Of a stretch of 41,498 bases of DNA, positions 16,824 to 25,746 are shown in pieces (position 1 is the stretch's first letter; each line of letters begins with the position of its first letter). The position numbers and the translations under genes were made by a program. This stretch comes from a virus (lineage: Duplodnaviria > Caudoviricetes), in the IMG/VR virus record IMGVR_UViG_3300038556_000032, positions 1 to 41,498 of that record, one strand, 5' to 3'. The notes under the pieces were generated by a model. That model did no database searches, was not told the origin of the DNA, and saw nothing but the letters and a program-made list of their open reading frames with translations.

Positions 16824-17557
16824 CTTTGCTGCTCGGCGACTGCCGCGAGCTCCTGCCATCTCGGGCCCCGTTCGATATGATAATCGCTGATCCCCCTTAT
16901 GGTGACACGTCCTTGGCGTGGGACGCTCGCGTTGGTGGCTGGCACGAGGTGGCGGCTGCATCGCTAAAGCCGACGGGCTCGATGTGGGTGTTCGGTTCGT
17001 TGCGGTATCACATGGCGGAAGCAGCTCGCTTCGAGGCCGCCGGTTTCCGCTATGCACAGGAAGTTGTTTGGGAAAAGCACAACGGCTCGGGCTTCCACGC
17101 CGATCGCTTCAAGCGTGTCCACGAGCTGGCGGTGCAATGGTATCGTCGCGATTCTGCCTGGGCCGACGTGTACAACGACGTCCAGAAAACAGCGGATGCG
17201 GCCGCTCGCACGACACGCCGCAAGAAGAGGCCGAGCCACACCGGTCATATCGAGGCTGGGCACTACACCAGCGAGGATGGCGGCCCGCGAATCATGCGCA
17301 GCGTCATCTACGCTCGGAGCTGCCATGGGCGGGCGATCCACCCGACCGAAAAGCCCGTTGATCTGCTCTCGATCCTAATCCGCACGAGCTGTCCGCACGG
17401 CGGTCTGGTGGCCGACTTTTTCGCTGGCTCTGGAGCGGCGGGTGAAGCCGCGCAAAGTGAGGGACGGAGCTATGTCGGCTGCGAGATCAATCACGAGTAT
17501 CATCGGCTAGCGACTGATCGACTTGCTGCCCTGCTTCCGCTCGGGAGGGCCGCCTGA
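16820..17557 (+). CDS. Beta-class N6A/N4C DNA methyltransferase
   Basis: DPPY, HPTEKP, DFFAGSG in beta order. Confidence 0.92.
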   Translation: MTLLLGDCRELLPSRAPFDMIIADPPYGDTSLAWDARVGGWHEVAAASLKPTGSMWVFGSLRYHMAEAARFEAAGFRYAQEVVWEKHNGSGFHADRFKRVHELAVQWYRRDSAWADVYNDVQKTADAAARTTRRKKRPSHTGHIEAGHYTSEDGGPRIMRSVIYARSCHGRAIHPTEKPVDLLSILIRTSCPHGGLVADFFAGSGAAGEAAQSEGRSYVGCEINHEYHRLATDRLAALLPLGRAA

Positions 17558-19116
17558 TGCTTCCTGGACAGGCACGCCGGCTGATCTCGCCGGGCCCGAT
17601 CGCGGACGATTTCATGCGATCGCGCGCGTTCATCTGCGGGATCATCGGCCCGGTTGGCTCCGGCAAGACGATGGCGGCGCTACAGAAGGGGATCCGGGTC
17701 GGTGCGCTGCAGCGCGGCTCGGTTGACGCGAATGGCGTCACCTGGCGCAAGGCGCGCATCGGCGTCATCCGCGAGAGCTATCCCAGCCTGCAGTCGACCA
17801 CGCTCAAGAGCTGGTTCAACATCGTGCCGGAAGGCGAAGGCAAGTTCAGCTGGAAGGCGCCGTTCACGCACACCTTCCGCAAGATCCTGCGGCGGGAGGG
17901 GAACCGCCGCGACGGCCGCCCGATCGACGTGCTCGAGATCGAGTTCGAGTTCCGGGCGATCGGCGATCAGACCGTCGAGGAAGCCTGCCGCGGCTGGGAG
18001 GTCAACGCGGTGATCGTCGACGAGGCGGATCTCCAGCCCGAGGATCTCGTCCCGTATCTGACCGGCCGCGTCGGCCGCTTCTCCGATCTCGATCCGTCGT
18101 CGGTGGTCGACCCGCAAATCATCCTGTCGATGAACATGCCGGACATCGACAACCACATGTACAAGCTGCTCCTCGACAAGGATCTCGAGACGCTCGGCCT
18201 GACCGAAGAGGAAGCCGAGATCCTGAGCGAGGCGCTCAACGGCCGCGCGCTGATCGACTGTTTCGTCCAGCCTGGCGGGCGCGACCCAGAGGCGGAGAAC
18301 ATCCACAACCTGCCCGGCGGGCGCGGCTACTACGTGATCCAGGTCGCCGCGAACAAGCACAAGCCCGGCTACGTCGCCCGCATGGTCGACAACAAGCCGG
18401 TGCCCCTGCAGCACGGCCAACCTGTCAACCCGAGCTTCTCGTTCACGTCGCACGTCCGCCCGCTCGAGTGGGACCGCCGGCGCAAGCTGATCGTCGGCGT
18501 CGACCAGGGCCTCTTCGCCGCGGCCGTGGCCCTGCAGCGCGATTGGGAAGGCAACATCCGCACGCTCGCAGAGGTGGTGAACACGAAGAAGGGCGGCGGC
18601 GCGCTGCTCAAGGTGGGCCCGACCGCGTTCGGCCTGCGGCTCAAGCGCATGCTGACCGAGCGCTTCCCGGATCTCGAGCCCGACCAGGTCCGCGTCGTCG
18701 CCGACCCGGCGGCGTTCGCGGCCGACGATCGCGAGGACAACGAGCACGACTGGATCCTCGCATTCCAGAAGGCGCTCGGCCTGCGCGTGCACCGGGCCAA
18801 GTCCAACCGCCAGGCGCTCCGAAACGAGGCGATCTGGCGGGCGCTCGACAAGCGCGACGGGTATTTCGTCGACCCCAGCTGCAAGCACCTGATCAAGGCT
18901 CACGTCGGCGGTTACCGCTACCAGAAAGACGACATGAAAACGGGTGAGACCAAGGGCGATCCCGAGATCGCCGACACGATCTACACCCACGTCGCCGACG
19001 CCGAGCAGTACGCCGCGCTCGAGGGCGAACACGTGATCTCGGACATCCGAGGCCGCCGCGGCCGCAAGGGCCGCATCATCACCAACGACAGCGATTACGC
19101 GATGTTCGGGAGCTGA
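17557..19116 (+). CDS. terL: Terminase large subunit
   Basis: GPVGSGKT, IVDEAD, nuclease GVDQG and HVADAEQY. Confidence 0.9.
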   Translation: MLPGQARRLISPGPIADDFMRSRAFICGIIGPVGSGKTMAALQKGIRVGALQRGSVDANGVTWRKARIGVIRESYPSLQSTTLKSWFNIVPEGEGKFSWKAPFTHTFRKILRREGNRRDGRPIDVLEIEFEFRAIGDQTVEEACRGWEVNAVIVDEADLQPEDLVPYLTGRVGRFSDLDPSSVVDPQIILSMNMPDIDNHMYKLLLDKDLETLGLTEEEAEILSEALNGRALIDCFVQPGGRDPEAENIHNLPGGRGYYVIQVAANKHKPGYVARMVDNKPVPLQHGQPVNPSFSFTSHVRPLEWDRRRKLIVGVDQGLFAAAVALQRDWEGNIRTLAEVVNTKKGGGALLKVGPTAFGLRLKRMLTERFPDLEPDQVRVVADPAAFAADDREDNEHDWILAFQKALGLRVHRAKSNRQALRNEAIWRALDKRDGYFVDPSCKHLIKAHVGGYRYQKDDMKTGETKGDPEIADTIYTHVADAEQYAALEGEHVISDIRGRRGRKGRIITNDSDYAMFGS

Positions 19117-19119
19117 AAC

Positions 19120-19353
19120 ATGAAAGCAGTTGGCACAGTCCTTTCGCCGCTCGGCAAGGCGCTCGGCATCTTCGGGGGAGGCCCCGGCAAGAAGCCGAGG
19201 GCGCTCCCGCAGGTCACCCGCGATGAGAGCATCATCAATCGAGACCGGCTCGACGAGCTCGCGCGGCGCCGCGGTGGCGCGGCCGACGTGCTGACCGGGA
19301 CGACGGGCGCGGAAGCGCCGATGGCCGCCGGCAAGGCCGTGCTCGGCCAGTAA
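19120..19353 (+). CDS. Small virion-associated protein
   Basis: Between terL and portal; RRRGGAADVLTG...KAVLGQ typical of podovirus pre-portal proteins. Confidence 0.6.
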   Translation: MKAVGTVLSPLGKALGIFGGGPGKKPRALPQVTRDESIINRDRLDELARRRGGAADVLTGTTGAEAPMAAGKAVLGQ

Positions 19354-19370
19354 AGTTCACCTGAGGAGAA

Positions 19371-19991
19371 ATGACGATGGACAATCAAGCGACCGAGACG
19401 ACAGCCGATGATCTTGTTGGCGTGGCAAACGGCGACGGAGCTGGCGCCAGCATGATCGACGAGCTGCAGGCCCGCGTCTCGCAGCTCGAGGGCGAGCTCG
19501 CCGCGACGGGCGAGGCGCTCGAGCTTGCCGGCAAGACGGAGCTCGAGCTCCGGGCCCAGCTGGCCGAGCTGACCAAGGCGAACGAAGCGGCCGCGCGCAA
19601 GCTGGCCAAGATCGGCCGCGGCCCGACGTCGGCGAAGCCGCGACGCATCGCGCCGATGTCGCCGCTCTCCGACCAGGAGCGGGTTGAGCTCGGCGAGCGG
19701 ATCGCCGCCGGCGAGAGCATCTCCATCGTGTTCGCTGAGGGCAAGCGCGAGCTGACCGGCCTCGCGCCGATCGTCGTGTCAGGGCCGGTTTTCAATGTCT
19801 CGAGCACCGGCATGATGCTTCGCGACGCGGTCGAGATCCGCAGCAACGACCCGGCGGGCCGGGAAGTCACGGCGACGGCGCTGGTGATGTTCGACAGCGA
19901 TGGCGGCCAGCTCGCCTATTCCGAGCTGCCGGCGCCGCTCGCGATCTCGCCGGGCCGGACATACCGGCTCGATCGGGCAATCCAGTTCTGA
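19371..19991 (+). CDS. Hypothetical protein with N-terminal coiled coil
   Basis: GAGGAG RBS; heptad-like segment. Confidence 0.7.
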   Translation: MTMDNQATETTADDLVGVANGDGAGASMIDELQARVSQLEGELAATGEALELAGKTELELRAQLAELTKANEAAARKLAKIGRGPTSAKPRRIAPMSPLSDQERVELGERIAAGESISIVFAEGKRELTGLAPIVVSGPVFNVSSTGMMLRDAVEIRSNDPAGREVTATALVMFDSDGGQLAYSELPAPLAISPGRTYRLDRAIQF

Positions 19992-19999
19992 GGTAGGCA

Positions 20000-20022
20000 G
20001 GGGCCCGGCGGTGCCGGGCCCC
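20000..20022. other. Perfect 10-bp hairpin before portal
   Basis: GGGGCCCGGC-GGT-GCCGGGCCCC, no U-tract. Confidence 0.5.
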
Positions 20023-20038
20023 AACATGGGGCGGGCAA

Positions 20039-21688
20039 ATGGCGATCGACACGCTGCAAGACGATGGGGTGACGCGCGAGCTGGTTGAAAATCAGCAGCG
20101 CCTGGAGAATGAGCGCGCGCCCTGGGAGCCGCTCTGGAAGGACGTCGATCGCCGGGTCAACCCGACGGGCGATGGCGGCTTCGAGCCGAAGAGCCCGCAG
20201 CATCGCGGCCTCGACAACTTCGACGCGACCGCGATCGACGGGCTGGACCGGTTCACCGCCGTCATTGGCGGGATCTCGATCCCGCGCCGCTCGATCTGGC
20301 ATGGCCTCGAGTTCACCGATCCCGAGCTCAACAAGCTCCCCAGCATCAAGCGCTGGTGCTCGGCCGCGACCGCGGTCCTGTTCGGCATGCGCTACGCCAG
20401 CCACACCGGCTTCACGACGCAGGCGACGGAAGACATCCGGCAGATTGGCAGCTACGGCACGGCGGCGCTCGCCGTCCACGAGAAGCCCGGCATCGGGATC
20501 ACGTACAAGGCCCTGCACCTCTCGGAGATCTTCATCGACGAGAACGACGCGGGCATGGTCGACACGGTCCACCGCAAGTACACGTACAACGCGCGCCAGG
20601 CCGCGCAGCAGTTCGGGCTCGAGAACCTCACCCCGAAGATGCAGAAGGCCTATAACGATCGGAAGTTCGACGAGCAGTTCGAGCTGCTCCACGTCTGCCG
20701 GCCCAACCCCAACCGCGAACCGGACCGTTTCGACTGGCGGCGCCTTCCGATCGAGAGCGTCACGCTCGGCCTCGACGAGAAGATGATCATCCGCCGGCGC
20801 GGCTACTGGTCGCAGCCGATCGCCGTCTCGAGGCATGTGACCTCGCCGCGCGACAAATATGGGCGATCGCCGGCGCTCAAGGTGATCGGCACGATCAAGA
20901 CGGCCAACGAGATGGCCAAGACGATCCTGCGCGCCGGCCACAAGGCGACCGATCCGGCGCTCGCGTTTTTCGACGACGGCGACATCTCGAAGCTGGCGAC
21001 CAAGCCTGGCGGCATGAACCCGGGTCTCGTGAACGAACGCGGCGAGCTCCTGGTCGCGGCCATGCCCGGCGGCGGCGACCTGCCGATCGGCATCGAGCTG
21101 CTCGAGAATGAGCGCGGCGTGATCAAGCGCGCCTTCCTCGAGGAGTTCTTCCGGCTGCTCTCGGATCCGTCCGATCGCATGACCGCAACCCAGGTGCTCG
21201 AGCAGCTGCAGAAAGAAGGCGTGCTGATCTCGCCGTTCGCCGATCGCCACGAAAGCGAGAAGCTGGCGCCCGTCGTGATGCGCGAGCTCGACATCGGGAT
21301 GCGGGCCAAGCAAATCCCGCCGCTCCCGCCCGAGGCGATCGAGGCCGGCGCCGGGATCCGGCCCGTGATGACGAACCCGCTCTCGCGCATGGCGCGCGCC
21401 GAGGCAGCCGCCGGCTTCTCGCGCTGGAGCGAGATGCTGGTCCAGATCGCGCAGTTCGACGACGGGATCATGGACCTGGTCGACACGGACGCGGCTGCGC
21501 GCGGTACGGCCGACGTGCTCGGCGTGCCGCCGGAGTGGGTGCGCAGCCCCGAGGAGGTCGCGCGGATCCGCGACGAGCGTGCCGCCAACTCCCAGGGGGC
21601 CAGCCTGGTCGAGGCGGCGCCGGCGCTGTCCGATGCGGCGCTCAACCTGGCCCGCGCCAATGAGATCAGCGGAGGCATGGGCCTCTGA
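20039..21688 (+). CDS. Portal / head-tail connector
   Basis: 549 aa; YGRSP and MTATQV motifs of T7/BPP-1 connectors. Confidence 0.9.
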   Translation: MAIDTLQDDGVTRELVENQQRLENERAPWEPLWKDVDRRVNPTGDGGFEPKSPQHRGLDNFDATAIDGLDRFTAVIGGISIPRRSIWHGLEFTDPELNKLPSIKRWCSAATAVLFGMRYASHTGFTTQATEDIRQIGSYGTAALAVHEKPGIGITYKALHLSEIFIDENDAGMVDTVHRKYTYNARQAAQQFGLENLTPKMQKAYNDRKFDEQFELLHVCRPNPNREPDRFDWRRLPIESVTLGLDEKMIIRRRGYWSQPIAVSRHVTSPRDKYGRSPALKVIGTIKTANEMAKTILRAGHKATDPALAFFDDGDISKLATKPGGMNPGLVNERGELLVAAMPGGGDLPIGIELLENERGVIKRAFLEEFFRLLSDPSDRMTATQVLEQLQKEGVLISPFADRHESEKLAPVVMRELDIGMRAKQIPPLPPEAIEAGAGIRPVMTNPLSRMARAEAAAGFSRWSEMLVQIAQFDDGIMDLVDTDAAARGTADVLGVPPEWVRSPEEVARIRDERAANSQGASLVEAAPALSDAALNLARANEISGGMGL

Positions 21689-21996
21689 TGAATGCGATCG
21701 TGCAACAGGCCATGCAGCTCGCCATGAAGGCGCGCCGACGCATGGCGATCTGGCGCGCGCGGTCCTACCGCGTCGTCTTTCAACCCGAAGGCGTCATCGA
21801 CCGTGACCGCGAGATCGTTCTCGCGGACCTGCGCGAGTTCTGTTGCGCCAATCGGACGACATTCTCGGCGGATCCCTATCAGGCTGCACGCCTGCAGGGC
21901 CGCCGCGAAGCCTGGCTGCGCATCGTCCAGCATCTCAACCTGGACGAAGCGGCGATCATTAAACTCGTGGAGGTAGACGATGGACTTGGGGAATGA
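21688..21996 (+). CDS. Bbp19-like protein
   Basis: VLADLREFC...TTF..DPY..A..QGRREAWLRI motif directly after portal. Confidence 0.75.
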   Translation: MNAIVQQAMQLAMKARRRMAIWRARSYRVVFQPEGVIDRDREIVLADLREFCCANRTTFSADPYQAARLQGRREAWLRIVQHLNLDEAAIIKLVEVDDGLGE

Positions 21997-22936
21997 AGGC
22001 GGCGCTGCGGGGGCGCTCGGTGGCGGGGACGGCGGACAGGGCGGCGGTGGTACCGGCGCCGGCGCCGGCGGCGATGGTGGCGGCCAGGGCGGCCAGGGCG
22101 GCCAGGGCGGCGACGGCGGCCAGGGCGGCCAAGGTGGTGACGGCGGCGCGGCCGACCTCGCGTGGCTCGAGAACTTCTCGGCCGAGGGTGGCGACGCGAA
22201 CAACCCGTCCCCGCGCGACTGGGTCAAGTCGAAGGGCTTCAAATCGCTCGACGATCTCGCGAGCAGCTACCGCGAGGCCGAGAAGGCCATCCGCAACGGT
22301 GGCCGCCTCGAGGTGCCGGGTGACGACGCCACGCCGGAGCAGCTCGCCGCGTTCCACAAGGCGATCGGCGTGCCGGAAAAGCCCGACGCTTACGAGGTGG
22401 CGGCGATCGAAGGGCACGAGCTCGACGACGGCCTGATCGGCGCGATGCGACCGATCGCCCACGCTGCGGGCGTGCCGGCGAAGGCGTGGAAGCAGCTCAC
22501 CGATGGCCTCATGCAGTATCAGCTCAATCAGCTGCAGGAGGACGCCACGCGCCAAGACGCGGAGTGGAAAGAGCTGACCGACAGCTGGGGGACCGCGAAG
22601 GCCGAGAAGACGGTCGAGTACCAGCGGGGCGTCGAAGCGGCGGGTGTGAAGCGCGAGGAGGTCGCGCAGCTGCAGAAGATCATGGGCTCGAAGCGTGTCG
22701 GCGAGCTGTTCCAGCGGATCGGCGCCGGCATCGCGGAAGACAGTCTGATCGGCGGCGGCAAGGGCAAGTTCGGCGTGACCGGCGCCGAGGCCCAAGCTGA
22801 GATCGATCGCCTGATCAAAGATGAGGAGTTCGGCAAGCAGCTGCAGGCCAAGGATCCGCAGGCGGTGGCGCGCTGGGATCGGCTTAACGCGGCAGTCGCA
22901 GCTGCTCGCGATGCAGCTGCGAAAGCGGCCGCCTAA
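21980..22936 (+). CDS. Capsid scaffolding protein
   Basis: Gly-rich N-terminus, G.PEKPDAY motif, helical; precedes capsid. Confidence 0.75.
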   Translation: MDLGNEGGAAGALGGGDGGQGGGGTGAGAGGDGGGQGGQGGQGGDGGQGGQGGDGGAADLAWLENFSAEGGDANNPSPRDWVKSKGFKSLDDLASSYREAEKAIRNGGRLEVPGDDATPEQLAAFHKAIGVPEKPDAYEVAAIEGHELDDGLIGAMRPIAHAAGVPAKAWKQLTDGLMQYQLNQLQEDATRQDAEWKELTDSWGTAKAEKTVEYQRGVEAAGVKREEVAQLQKIMGSKRVGELFQRIGAGIAEDSLIGGGKGKFGVTGAEAQAEIDRLIKDEEFGKQLQAKDPQAVARWDRLNAAVAAARDAAAKAAA

Positions 22937-22940
22937 AAAC

Positions 22941-23121
22941 TGCGCGCCAACCCGCGCAAACGATTGACAGGGCGGGGGGTTCCATGGGAGCTTCCCGCCC
23001 ACGTCCTAAATCGCTGGACGTTGAGTGCCGCCAAGCTCGATTTAGCAGCCCGGCCCCTGGTGTGAGACGCACCCGCCGACCGCAGGCGTAAAGCGATAGA
23101 GGTGGCCGGAGCGCACGCTCC
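22941..23121 (+). ncRNA. Candidate structured RNA leader of the major capsid gene
   Basis: Run of hairpins, a possible pseudoknot and a multi-way junction in a 239-nt intergenic region. Confidence 0.5.
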
Positions 23122-23175
23122 CCAAGCCCTTCGACCCAATCTGGCAACCGTCATTTTGAGCGAGGGGGACAGACC

Positions 23176-24099
23176 ATGTCCGATCAAGTTCCGTCGACTT
23201 TTACCACGACCTTCGAGAACAACATGCGCCTGGCGCTGCAGCAGACGCGCGCGCGCCTGTGGCCGTTGCTGGCGCCGAAGACCGGCACCGGCGCCGAAAA
23301 GGTTCAGCTCGACGACATCGTCGGCCACACCAAGTCCCGCAAGGGCAGCGACGACGGCCGCCACGGCGATGTTCAGTACAACAACACGCCGCACAGCCGC
23401 GTCTGGGTCGCCAAGCCCGATTTCGACTATTACGCCGAGCTCGTCGACACGAACGACCAGGTTCAGGCCCGCATTCAGCTGACCAGCGGCTACATGCAGA
23501 CCGCCGTCGCGACGATCAACCGCGCGATGGACGACGCCGTGATTGCCGGCCTGTTCGGCGACATGATCACCGGCAAGGATGGCACGATCATCGCGCCGTT
23601 CCCGGCTGGCATGATCACGCCCGCCGACACCGGCGCCGCGGTCGCGACCGGGCTCAACATCGCGAAGCTTCGCCATGCGCGGAAGATCAAGCAGCAGGCC
23701 TACAACGACCCGAACGAAGAAGCGTGGATGGTCGTCACGGCGGACGATCTCGATCAGCTGCTCAACGAAATGCCGGTCACCTCGAAGGAGTTCGGCGCCG
23801 AGGGCGGCGAGCTGCGCGACGGTCGGCTCCGCAAGCTGATGGGCTTCGAGTTCATCGAGCTCGAGACCGAAAACCCGCTCTTCCACAACTCGGCGCTCGT
23901 CGACGCCGGCAGCGGCAACCGCAAGACGCCCTGGTGGGTCAAGTCGGGCATGGTCACCTACAGCTGGTGGCCGCTCAAGACGTCGATCGACATCCTGCCC
24001 CAGAAGCACCACGCCCGGCAGGTCTATGCCTCGTTCTGCGGCGTCGCGACGCGCACGGACCAGGGCAAGGTCGGCTACGTCCTGAACAAGAAGAACTGA
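23176..24099 (+). CDS. Major capsid protein
   Basis: 307 aa; LALQQTRARL N-terminus, INRAMDD, LMGFEFI; strong GAGGGGG RBS; position. Confidence 0.88.
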   Translation: MSDQVPSTFTTTFENNMRLALQQTRARLWPLLAPKTGTGAEKVQLDDIVGHTKSRKGSDDGRHGDVQYNNTPHSRVWVAKPDFDYYAELVDTNDQVQARIQLTSGYMQTAVATINRAMDDAVIAGLFGDMITGKDGTIIAPFPAGMITPADTGAAVATGLNIAKLRHARKIKQQAYNDPNEEAWMVVTADDLDQLLNEMPVTSKEFGAEGGELRDGRLRKLMGFEFIELETENPLFHNSALVDAGSGNRKTPWWVKSGMVTYSWWPLKTSIDILPQKHHARQVYASFCGVATRTDQGKVGYVLNKKN

Positions 24100-24100
24100 C

Positions 24101-24138
24101 GGGCGGGCGGGTGGCTCCGCGCCGCCCGCCTCGCTTTC
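24101..24138 (+). terminator. Possible terminator after capsid
   Basis: GGCGGGCGG...CCGCCCGCC then short T run. Confidence 0.4.
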
Positions 24139-24184
24139 GCCGGCGCCACGTGCCCCGGAACGTCAAAGCTAGGGAGTCTTCAAG

Positions 24185-24625
24185 ATGGCGGATTTTTACG
24201 GCACCACGTTCACGGCGGCCAAGACTGGCACGCCGCCCCGCGCGTTCCCCGACGGCGCCCGCGCCGCGGCCAAGCAGCGCGCGACGATCGAGAGCATCAA
24301 CACCGGAACCGCACCGCCGCAGGTCGGCGATCGGATCTATCTCGGCAAGCTGCCCGAGGGTGCGATTTACCAGGGCGTGCGGCTGACGGCCAACCAGACG
24401 CTCGGCACCGCGCAGCTCGCGATCGGTATCACCGGCACGCCGGCGAAGTACCGCGCCGCGGCGACGTTCACCGCGGTCGACACGCCGACGATGTTCGGCA
24501 CCGCGGCGACGAAGGCGCAGGGTCCGCTCGCCGCGGCCGAGGACATCTGGGCGACCGTCTCGGTGGCGGCGATCCCGAACAACACGATCCTCGTCTCCGA
24601 GCTGCTCTTCACGACCGACGCCTGA
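24185..24625 (+). CDS. Capsid cement/decoration protein (Bbp16-like position)
   Basis: Ala/Thr-rich beta protein directly after capsid. Confidence 0.6.
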   Translation: MADFYGTTFTAAKTGTPPRAFPDGARAAAKQRATIESINTGTAPPQVGDRIYLGKLPEGAIYQGVRLTANQTLGTAQLAIGITGTPAKYRAAATFTAVDTPTMFGTAATKAQGPLAAAEDIWATVSVAAIPNNTILVSELLFTTDA

Positions 24626-24717
24626 CTTGGGGAAGACCGGCGTCCCGTGAATGAGCGGGGCGCCGTGCGGGCCACGAGCCGCGCGGCGCCCCATCCCCCA
24701 AGCTGAAGGACCGAAAC

Positions 24718-24912
24718 ATGGCCCGTTGGAAACTCGCTCTCAATCTCGGCCAGACCGTCGAGAACTCGACCCGCGCCACCGGCACGGCGATCTCCGGCAA
24801 TGACGGGATCGAGCTCAACATCGACCAGACGAAAATGAGCAAGCGCGAGTGCATCGTCCTGATCGACGAGCTCAAGCAGCGCGTGCTGCAGGCCGCTTGG
24901 CCCGAAGTCTGA
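24718..24912 (+). CDS. Hypothetical virion-module protein
   Basis: AAGGA RBS; host-like codon usage. Confidence 0.65.
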   Translation: MARWKLALNLGQTVENSTRATGTAISGNDGIELNIDQTKMSKRECIVLIDELKQRVLQAAWPEV

Positions 24913-24928
24913 CCAGGCCCGCCGGGGG

Positions 24929-25516
24929 ATGGCAGACTACGTTACCGCCGCCAACAAGGCGCTCTCGCTGCTCGGCGAGAACGACCAGCTGCGCGATCCC
25001 GACGACGACAGCGCGCCCGCGCGCACGGTGCGGGCGGTCTGGGACACGGTCCGCAAGGAAGTGCTGCGCGACCACCCGTGGAATTTCGCGATCCGGCGGA
25101 CGCGGCTGACCGCCGACGCCAGCTGGAGCGGGATCGGCTTCGCCTATGCCTTTCCTCTCCCGTCGGCGCCGGCGGAGTGTCTGCGCCTCCTCGAGATCCT
25201 CGAGCCCGCGACCAGGTCGGACGATTACGCGCTCGAGGGCGGCAAGATCCTCTGCGACGATCTGGGCCCGATCGCGATCCGCTATGTGGCGGACGTCGAA
25301 GACGTCAGTCGCTGGGATCCGCTTTTCGTCGATGCGTTCGCCGCCAAACTGGCCTTCCAGATCTGCGATCGGATCACGGGCGACCTGTCCCGCCAGTCCG
25401 CGATGGAGGCGGTCTATCGTCGCGCGCTCAGCAAGGCGAAGGGCGTCGACGCCAAGGAAAACCCGCCCGTCCCGTTCGAAGACAGCAGCTGGGTGACGGC
25501 GAGGTACGGCTGGTGA
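24929..25516 (+). CDS. Tail adaptor (T7 gp11-like tubular protein A)
   Basis: NKALSLLG...HPWNFAIRR...F..AFAAKLA motif. Confidence 0.8.
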   Translation: MADYVTAANKALSLLGENDQLRDPDDDSAPARTVRAVWDTVRKEVLRDHPWNFAIRRTRLTADASWSGIGFAYAFPLPSAPAECLRLLEILEPATRSDDYALEGGKILCDDLGPIAIRYVADVEDVSRWDPLFVDAFAAKLAFQICDRITGDLSRQSAMEAVYRRALSKAKGVDAKENPPVPFEDSSWVTARYGW

Positions 25517-25746
25517 GGCCGCAGCTCACCAAGGCGCAGACCGAAGCGCTCCGGTGGTTTCGCGAGCATGGCGGCGACGGCATGTTCGACAACAACGGCG
25601 TGCTGCTCGCCCAAGGCGAGCTCGCGCCGCACGCGCGCGTCACGTGGAACGCGCTCGAGCGGGTCGGCCTGGTCCAGTTCTACGGCGGCAAGCGTGATGG
25701 CGGCCGCGGCCGCGGCCGTGCGCGGCTCACCCCCGAGGCGCGCTGA
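25513..25746 (+). CDS. Small wHTH-like protein within tail genes
   Basis: LTKAQTEALRW...WNALERVGLV...RLTPE; GTGA and TGATG coupling. Confidence 0.55.
   Translation: MRPQLTKAQTEALRWFREHGGDGMFDNNGVLLAQGELAPHARVTWNALERVGLVQFYGGKRDGGRGRGRARLTPEAR

Noticed and set aside
22076-22146. GGCGGCCAG tandem repeats
   Set aside because: Ordinary Gly/Gln low-complexity N-terminus of the scaffold protein
23001-23110. Hammerhead or pistol ribozyme call for the capsid leader
   Set aside because: Conserved catalytic cores (e.g. CUGANGA/GAAA) not found; kept only as an unclassified structured RNA
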